DNA of 64,000 nucleotides from Yuukianura sp. NJ FZ-2021 (taxonomy: Eukaryota), in the NCBI GenBank assembly GCA_046563655.1, contig CM102285.1, positions 8,556,001-8,620,000 on the forward strand, written 5' to 3'. The position numbers and the translations under genes are program-made. Below are positions 1-8,392 of this stretch, piece by piece; positions within the stretch are counted from its first letter, which is position 1, and each line of letters begins with the position of its first letter. The notes below the pieces were generated by a model that was not told the origin of the DNA, made no database searches, and was given only the letters and a program-made list of their open reading frames with translations.

Positions 1-1387
1 ACTCCTGAACCAAGGACATGCCCAAATTGATCAGGAGCTTCCCCACGGGGCTTTCGAAGTAATCTTCCGATTTCTTCTTGGGAGTGATCTCTTCAATGTC
101 TTCGTCTCCGCCATCGGCTGCAGCCTTCTCCTTCCTAACTTCTTCAGCGATTTCCTTCACGTATGCCTTCAGGACTTTCTGTCCACTTTGCTCGAAAACG
201 TATGGAACGATAAATGACGGGGCTTCAATTAGAAAGGCGTCGTCCGGTATGTTGATCGTAGCTCCAGCCTTGGTCGGCGCTGGAGCTAACAAAATGTCCT
301 TGTTAGTAGAATTTGATTTGGTTGTACTTGAGTTTGAAGTGGCAGAAGACGGAAGGGAGTTATTGGACATCGTAGAGGTGACAGTAGGCTTTTGTATGGG
401 AATTGGTCCTTTACCGGAGAGAATTGAATTAGTGTCGATAATGACAAGAGTGGGCTCTTTAGATTGTTCTTTCTTCGTCGCTGGTGGGGTATTGATGTTG
501 ATGATGGTACTGTTACTGCTATTTGCCATAGCTGTCGCTGATGCAGCCAGTTGGGCCAAGGACTTTGTATCGTTGACAACGATGGCTTCCGACTCATCGT
601 AGTCATCCATAATTTCTTCACATGAGTCTCCTCCGTCTCCGACTGAGTTGCCAATTTCTTCCACGGAAGAATCTCGGGAGTTGTCGTTGTCGAATTCCGA
701 TGTGGAGTTCGGCATAGGTGACCTTGAACTATTAATTCTGTCCTGATCTTGATCTTCGTCTCTATCATCATCATCACCACTGAGTACGGTCGTTTCTTCA
801 ACGTCATCGTCCGTTTCACTTCCGGCATCAGCACCCAATGGATCTTCCGCGACGATTTCCATGATCTCATCGTCGATGACTGGACGCTGTTTCATAGGCT
901 TACCGCCCCCTCCATTTACACGTTCCTTTACATCGTCTTCTTCGTCGTCATCTTCTTCAGCTATAGAGTCTACTGAATTGTCCAGTACTTCGGTAGCCAT
1001 CAGGGAGGAAGTGACACTAGAATTGACCCCTTCTTCCGGTTCATCGTCGTCGACTCCACTTTGACCTCCGTCTTCCAACTCATCATCACTGACCCCGTTC
1101 TCCACTCGTGTCAAGGGGTCATCTTGAGGAAGCTCTTGAATTTCATCGTCTACAACATCTTCATCAGCTGATCCATCATGATTACTCTTATTTTCATTAC
1201 CTTCTTCATTATCCATGTCTTTTCCGTCTTCTGTGATATCTTCAGTTCCCGTGTCCATGGAATTGTCTATGACGTCACCCGTTTCGGATTGACCTTTGTG
1301 TGATTTGACCTCAGATGTGACACCGTTGTGTTGTTCGTCGTCACTGTGCGATACGAAATGTGATTCACCGTCCGGAGGTTGTGGCAT
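1..1387 (-). CDS. MEP-1: MEP-1-like (MOG-interacting and ectopic P-granules / Mi-2-associated) protein, 5' partial; long first coding exon, continues beyond the left edge
   Basis: ATG at 1387-1385 opens an uninterrupted frame to the window edge (462 codons; absent from the ORF track because there is no stop). Reads MPQPPDGESHFVSHSDDEQ..., a long D/E-rich disordered region, then ...IPDDAFLIEAPSFIVPYVFEQ...YFESPVGKLLINLGMSLVQE, motifs I recognise from arthropod MEP-1 proteins. Zinc fingers are not in the window, so the name rests on these motifs. Confidence 0.75.
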   Translation of the reverse strand, partial: MPQPPDGESHFVSHSDDEQHNGVTSEVKSHKGQSETGDVIDNSMDTGTEDITEDGKDMDNEEGNENKSNHDGSADEDVVDDEIQELPQDDPLTRVENGVSDDELEDGGQSGVDDDEPEEGVNSSVTSSLMATEVLDNSVDSIAEEDDDEEDDVKERVNGGGGKPMKQRPVIDDEIMEIVAEDPLGADAGSETDDDVEETTVLSGDDDDRDEDQDQDRINSSRSPMPNSTSEFDNDNSRDSSVEEIGNSVGDGGDSCEEIMDDYDESEAIVVNDTKSLAQLAASATAMANSSNSTIININTPPATKKEQSKEPTLVIIDTNSILSGKGPIPIQKPTVTSTMSNNSLPSSATSNSSTTKSNSTNKDILLAPAPTKAGATINIPDDAFLIEAPSFIVPYVFEQSGQKVLKAYVKEIAEEVRKEKAAADGGDEDIEEITPKKKSEDYFESPVGKLLINLGMSLVQE

Positions 1388-3759
1388 TGTGACTCGAAGT
1401 AAAATGGCGACTGGTGGGGTCACGTGAGTGCGGCAGAGAATCCGTAACGTCACTACTTTACCAAAAGCTGAGAGACCACCACTAAAAACAGGGACTCTTC
1501 TGCAGCAGCAGCTTTTGCTTTAGCACTAGCAGCACAAAATCCTCTGTCGAGTTTTTTCTGCTCAACGAAACGAAGAAAGCGACCTGACAATAATTCTAGC
1601 ACGGGGGGAACGAAAAGAAAGGGAACCAAAAGCGGCAACTTGACATCATAGACTAAACATTTTACTCCATTTTTCAGAACGAACAACCACAACCACAAAT
1701 GGCACTCAAAAATGTACCAATCAAAACGCTTCAATCGTCAGGGCGGCACGTAAATCTAATACTGTTGGCACGCAGTAAGCCACGCCCCAGGGCGTTCTCA
1801 ACTTCTTAACAGTAGTTTGTCGTTGTAGCCTAGTCTTAAGCCAGATACTTGTTCTATGGTTGGGGCCAGGGCAGGGTGGGAAGCGGGTGCAAAACGAAGT
1901 TTTGGGGGCACACCGCCGCCCTCCCCTGGCCATTGAACCACTCCTCTAGTCGTTGTCGTCGCCGCTCCAACGGCACGGACGGCCGTGTCAAGTCTCGGTG
2001 TGCCCAAGGACGCCTACGACATACGTACCGTCCAACGTCCAATTCTCCCCACCCTGGGTCACTCCGTCCGCCGCAACTCGTGGTTACTATGGCACACCAC
2101 CACTGGAGCTACAGTTGACCTTGAACGCTCTAACGCTAAGGTCAAAGGCTCTTACATTCTAACAACCATAAAAAGCACGCTCAGAAATGGACACGGATAA
2201 ATTCAGCGTGAAAGCCATGTGAAAGTCAAAAATGCAACTTTTTCGTAACCTCGGATTCGATTTTTTTAAACCGAAAAACTTGGGTCAAAAGTTCTGACTC
2301 AGAACAAAAGTGGACAAATTCTGAATGCGGAAGATAAACATTCTTTTATTTTAGGGTAGTGAATTCAACCAAGATCAAAATGACTTGGTGTACAAGTAGA
2401 AGTAAGAAATAAGAAGTCAGTTTATGTATTGGAGTCAAAAAGTGAGGCTATTTCCGGCTGTGTTGTACAATTTTCTGAATTCTGACTAGAAGCTTCTCAA
2501 TTCCGATTGTTTTCAAAAATGAAATCAAAAATACCTTTCGTTGTCGCTCTTTTCAGATTTCCACTGGGAGTTGAACATTTTCAGTAGTCAGAAACGAATT
2601 GTTGACATTTGTTTAGTCCAAATGATCAAAACATTGCATATTGCATTGCATTTGCAAAAGAATTTGAACCCTGTTCAAGTCCATAGCTTTTGCTGTCTTT
2701 GTAAAGCCAAAGCTGCTTCTTTTACGTTAAGTAATCTTGAAGTCTTGTAAAGTGATTTGAAAGGACGCCTTACGACGGACACTATTGTCCTAACAATTTA
2801 AGTTGGTGAAAGTGTGGGAAGCAAGCGGACGCATGACTTTGTTACTTCGTCTCGACATGAAGATGAAATGCAATGCAATTCTTATGAGTACTACTGTACT
2901 ATTCGTAGTAAATTCGAATCTGTTTGTGTTAGTTCTGTGGCTTCCTCCAAAGGAAATGAATTTGTCAAATCGAATTGTTGAAAATTAAATTAAATCAAGA
3001 AACAGACGCTTTTTAATCGTTTCAAATCATTCAATCGTTGTCATTCAGTATGAAATGGAGAAAGTACAAATTGGAATGGTATTGGAAAATCAACACGAAA
3101 CTTGGATGGAATTCGGACGAGGAGAAAGTGGTAGCAGACGAGAGGTCAGATTACGGTGACCCCAGGCTAACCAGGGATTTCGGAAGAGTTGTTCAAAACT
3201 CCGAATTTGATTTGGTTATTTTGCTGACGTGTTTTAGTTGTGGTGGTTAGCATGTCGGAGTCCCCCAACCATGTCCCACCCCACCCCATCCCTACCCCTC
3301 TTCCCCAGTTCGGGCGTGGTCGTTAAGGGCATTTGAAGAGCATACGCTCCACAATGCTCCAAAAAGCCAAGATGGCGAGCAGGAGGAAGCTTGGAGCAGA
3401 AGTTGCCTTGCCTCACTTCCACGACCACGACGCCACGAGACGACCAGAGCATATTTTGGAAGAGGAACTATACAGTTAACACAAACACGAGAGTTTGGGA
3501 TCTACGACATACAAAGCGTCAGGCCAATTTAGGTCATCTCGACGCTATTGTACTTGGAAGTTTCCCATCATCCTCTCCCCACCCAATCCATGCCACAAAC
3601 CACGACGTTAACGTCTACGAATAACGTAAGAGGCAGTTGAACATGGGGTGGGGGCAAGGGGAGTAGATGGGAAACTTGTTTGCTGAAGCCAGTTCCACCG
3701 ATTTGATAACCATTGGCTAAGGAATCGGCGGAACGTTGCATAATTTCCCAATTGTTGCA

Positions 3760-3773
3760 AAATTCGCGAATTT
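3760..3773. promoter_or_regulatory. Palindromic E2F-like element AAATTCGCGAATTT, candidate distal promoter element of the MEP-1-like gene
   Basis: Perfect 14-bp palindrome with CGCG core, between the KIAA1143 polyA signal and the GC-rich island. Function is inference. Confidence 0.3.
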
Positions 3774-3919
3774 AATGTCATTTGCATGATTCGTGAAGTT
3801 GCACATGGGGAAGTTTTGCGGCTTTCGCCCCAGCTAATACCAGAAAGTAAAACAATGTGAACGGAACTAATACATATTCGAAAAAGCTAAAATGGCTAAT
3901 TAAAGCATGTCCTGCTTCA

Positions 3920-3925
3920 TTTATT
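3920..3925 (-). terminator. Candidate polyadenylation signal (AATAAA) of KIAA1143 homologue
   Basis: TTTATT on + strand, about 260 nt downstream of the stop codon. Confidence 0.45.
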
Positions 3926-4184
3926 TGTGCTAAGCGCGATGTTAGTCTCTCGCACCAAAGTTTCAGCTCGCAATTTTTAAACGGACATTGATTCGGAATA
4001 CTCAGAAGATTTACCCCGAGTCTTCGAAGCTCGAAAAGTTGAGTTCTCGGGGGATGATGCATTCAGAAGATGTTTGACGATGACGTCGCTGTGTTAGTAC
4101 ACTAGACTGTTAGGGAGTTCTGCTAGTAACAGTGTCACATTTAGTTAGTTGTTGCAGCTTCGTCGTCAGTTGATGTACGTTGAA

Positions 4185-4877
<693 letters not shown>

Positions 4878-6658
4878 TTAAATTGATACTTCAAATCCTT
4901 GTTTGACAGGCAACGCTAAATCTGAAATGAATGTCAACAGAATTTAGTAATAAAGATTTTTGTTATAACGTCCCCTAGTAGTATGTATAAATGTATAATT
5001 ATGATTTACTAAATTAGACGTGCAAATATTATTCTTCCAATCGCGGTTCCGGCCGGGAAAGACTCATCTTCGTCTTCTTTTTTGTTTAATTAGTTAAAAA
5101 TTAAAATAAACGTACATAGTCTAATTGGGAGGCTAATCTCTGGTTTCTTGATCAAGATCGTATTGGTTAAGTGTAAGTGTCTGGTCGTTTTTCCACTATG
5201 TCCGCGATGACGCTGACGTAAAGCCTCCAGGTCGCAGTCGCATTACAAAACCTGTAAATGCCGTTTAGCAATATTAGTTCAGGACGTATACTTGTTCTAC
5301 CATCAATTTTTTATTATAATTATATATAAGTACCAAAATGAAATGGAAACGGATCTCTCCAGCAGCGAAGTCGGTTTTTCCAGGTTCTCTATTAGTTTAG
5401 TTTACATCCAAAACATCAACAGATGACTTTTACTGCAGACTACAGCCAAAAAGCCGCAGATTATAATAAAGATTAGAAAGAACTTACCATGCCTTGACAG
5501 AGCAGGTTATCATTGAATTTAGTTCACTTATTATTAGACGTTAATTAATGCGACAAGTTAAGTTAGTACTGATTTCTTTGTTTTGTTTCAGAAATGTCAC
5601 AAATAAAAAGTAACAGTAAAAAGATAACATGATTGACCTAGACCTAACTGGATTAGGTTATTCAACAGTACATTTTAAAAGGTAAACATTAACAAATGCC
5701 AATGCAAAACGTGGTTTCGTATGATATTAGAATGTAAATCCGTGACCAAATCACGTAAATTGTCAACAGCTATAAGATTCGGTCATAAATTTAAATACAA
5801 CGTAATTATATATTATTAATAAATTGTATATTAATATATTCTTGGCTGCTATATTATTTTAAATAAAAAGAGTGAATGCGAGTCACCGTATTCGTCGTAG
5901 TGCTCCAGAAATTGGCATTTCGCAATGACAATTTGTATTAGCATTTGGTGGGTTGGCGCCGGTACCAATTTGAATAAGGAACTGCTGATTTCCATTCCAT
6001 GATCGATCATGATTCTAATCATGAACATGATCGAAATTAATTAAAAGCTGTATCTTCGACTTCCACCCTCACTCAGCTGCTTTGATTTCCTTTCGGGCGC
6101 TAGTTCCATCGGTAAATCTTAACTTATTGGTGACGTATTTTGGACAAAAGAGCGGATTTATATCAAACCGAAGATTTCCTGGGGTAAAATCAAAGAGACA
6201 GCAAAAAAATAACGGGACAAATCGAGGCCGACAGTTATCTTTCCATCTGGATCTAATTAATATTGGTTATTGTTAAATTGTCTTGTGCGTGCATACAACA
6301 TTATTCTCAGCTGTTCCGTAACTAACTTGACGGAACACCCGCACTTAACCGAAAATTAAAACAAAATATCTACTACTAACTAATCGCATTCGAAACAGGT
6401 TAACAGGTAACTTTTCAATTAGGAAAGTTTACACCTCGTCTGCGTCTCGTCCTACATTACATTCTGTCGTATTTATCTTAATTATTATTACTTATCTTAA
6501 CTTATTAATATTATTAGTATTGCTGGATTTGGGCTATTTGACCTATGGTTTGCATTTTACTATTCTTAGTGACATCTTCCTTAATAAAGAGTCTCGTTTA
6601 ACTTTTCAGATAATCTTTTGCTCGTCGGATTCAATCTGTACACGTTGCTTCCGCAGTC

Positions 6659-7372
6659 ATGAAAAATACAAGCCCCACTTCCAATGGAAAAACTAGAGAA
6701 TCAAAATCAAATTCAGACCTTTCTGCTTGGTCAAGGATGCTCATCAGTGAATCAGAGTGGCCAGATAAAGTAAGTTAGTTTTTTCTTATTCTCTCTCTCA
6801 AAGTTGACATTGGGTAGTGACCTTATTGCCATCATGAGGTAAACGCTAATAAACTACCGACTGTTTTTTTACAGGAAGAGTTTCTAGACGTGATATACTG
6901 GATGCGGCAGGTGCTTGGAATAATTGTTGGCCTTGTTTGGGGAGTAATTCCTTTGACAGGAATCGTCGGACTCGTTTTGTGAGTTTACAAATTCAATTTT
7001 GTTTTAATCTTACACTTACAAAGTTCCGCTCGCTTTGCACTCACATCTTGATCTCACCCGTAATTTAAACACGTTTCTTTGTTTTATAGATTTTGTGCCA
7101 TAAATGCTGGTCTTCTGTACATGTATTTCACAATCTTCCAAAAAGTGGACGAAGAGGAATATGGTGGTCCTTGGGAATTGACGAAGGAGGGCTTCATGGC
7201 ATCATTTGCAGGATTTCTTGTATGTTTTCGTACAAAATAAACCGTTAAACGTTGACATCTTGTGATCACACTACCTTTGCTTTTTTCGTTGCAGGTGACA
7301 TGGACCATTGTATACTCAGGATTGCATTTTAGTGACCAAGACTTACAGTTGCAACACATGTCAGCTTCCTAA
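6659..7372 (+). CDS. RAB5IF: RAB5IF / C20orf24 homologue (Rab5-interacting family membrane protein), about 140 aa, 4 coding exons
   Basis: Exons 6659-6769, 6875-6978, 7090-7219, 7295-7372 give MKNTSP...EWPDK|EEFLDVIYWMRQVLGIIVGLVWGVIPLTGIVGLVL|FCAINAGLLYMYF...DEEEYGGPWELTKEGFMASFAGFL|VTWTIVYSGLHF...*. WPDK-EFLDVIYW.RQ and EEEYGG.WELTKEGFM are diagnostic; all introns GT-AG and frame-preserving. Confidence 0.93.
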
Positions 7373-7752
7373 ATCGTACCAATATTTACTTAAATAAATT
7401 CCACTTCCGTTGTTCCAGTGCAACTACAGACTACACCGAAGAAACACTTACAATACTTGCAATAGAAAATCCAGTCCAGGTGATTCGTATACGGTATTTC
7501 AAAGTGCATTTAAGACAAGCTGTTAAAATTCTATGCATTTGTCATATTTATATCAATTAAATTGTACAGAATACTTCCAAAACTGTCTCATAACTCAAGT
7601 GATGTATTTCTCATTCATCATGTATTGGAACAACAAATCAACATGAGTGATTAATTGATTGATGACTAAAGTTAACTTTTTTATAAGTTGTTGAGTTTGA
7701 GAGATGTGTTTTCATAAGTTGCACTTTTTTAACCCGGCATACTTTGTCCAAA

Positions 7753-7799
7753 GTCCCACTGGCGCAGCTGAAGAGCGCGTTGGAATCTAATATAAAGGT
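7753..7799 (+). pseudogene. Truncated, degenerate 5'-half copy of the adjacent tRNA-Arg
   Basis: GTCCCACTGGCGCAG-ctgaag-AGCGCGTTGGA-a-TCTAAT-at-AAAGGT aligns to the first ~48 nt of the intact tRNA 72 nt downstream; no T arm, B box or 3' acceptor strand. Confidence 0.8.
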
Positions 7800-7824
7800 T
7801 ATTTGGTCCCGTAGTTTATACTGT

Positions 7825-7898
7825 GTCCCACTGGCGCAGTGGATTAGCGCGTTGGACTTCTAATCCAAAGGTCTAGGGTTCGAATCCCTGGTGGGATG
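7825..7898 (+). tRNA. tRNA-Arg (anticodon TCT), intronless
   Basis: Cloverleaf: acceptor GTCCCAC/GTGGGAT, D stem GCGC/GCGC, anticodon stem TTGGA/TCCAA with loop CT-TCT-AA, T arm TAGGG-TTCGAAT-CCCTG, discriminator G; A and B boxes present. Confidence 0.96.
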
Positions 7899-7904
7899 CA
7901 AATA

Positions 7905-7912
7905 TTTTTTTT
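7905..7912 (+). terminator. RNA polymerase III terminator (T8) of the tRNA gene
   Basis: Run of 8 T starting 7 nt after the tRNA 3' end. Confidence 0.85.
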
Positions 7913-8349
7913 ATGTTTTTCGGAAACAATTTTACTAATTATTTCACAAATATAATTAAACTGGCACGAATATTTCCAATAAAGTTAGCTCAAACACGAA
8001 AGACGCGGCTGCAAGTAATTAACTTTTAGATTGGGTGGAGACTTTGTATTTTGCGACACTAGATGTCGCACTTGAATGCACAATGTAAGTTGTAAGTTCT
8101 TACCTAACGCAATGTTAAATTAAAATTACATTTACATTATGTTTGAAATTTCTACGCTTTTGTTTAACATTACATCACGTAATGTTAAACGCACAAGCGT
8201 TGTTGTTGGTGAAAGCGAAATGGAACAAAGGAGAGTAAAGTAAATTCGTGACCGTTAGAACAATAATTTTTGGAGAAAGCGCTTTTCCAAAATTTCCAAA
8301 TTAAAAAAGCAGAACGATGAATTGTAAAAAACAAGGAAATATATTTTCG

Positions 8350-8392
8350 TGAATTCAACTTAACTTGTAAATTACAACTTAAGTTGAATTCA
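8350..8392. repeat. Near-perfect 43-bp inverted repeat
   Basis: TGAATTCAACTTAA-C-TTGTAA-A-TTACAA-C-TTAAGTTGAATTCA: 14 bp plus 6 bp arms, one C/C mismatch, 1-nt centre. Confidence 0.85.

Noticed and set aside
78..1064. Track ORFs 78-602 (+), 286-870 (-), 749-976 (+), 861-1064 (+)
   Set aside because: Antisense or off-frame shadows of the MEP-1-like exon (1387-2), which carries the recognisable motifs.
1780..3740. Structured islands as telomerase RNA, RNase P/MRP, 7SK or SRP RNA
   Set aside because: No TTAGG-type template longer than 6 nt, no P4 consensus of RNase P/MRP, no paired GAUC motifs and no SRP helix 8 motif found by eye; a covariance-model search is still needed.
6312..6350. TTGACGGAACACCCGCACT resembling a short stretch of insect SRP RNA
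   Set aside because: Similarity is under 20 nt, flanks are AT-rich with no SRP helices; it is one arm of a small hairpin in the likely RAB5IF 5' region.
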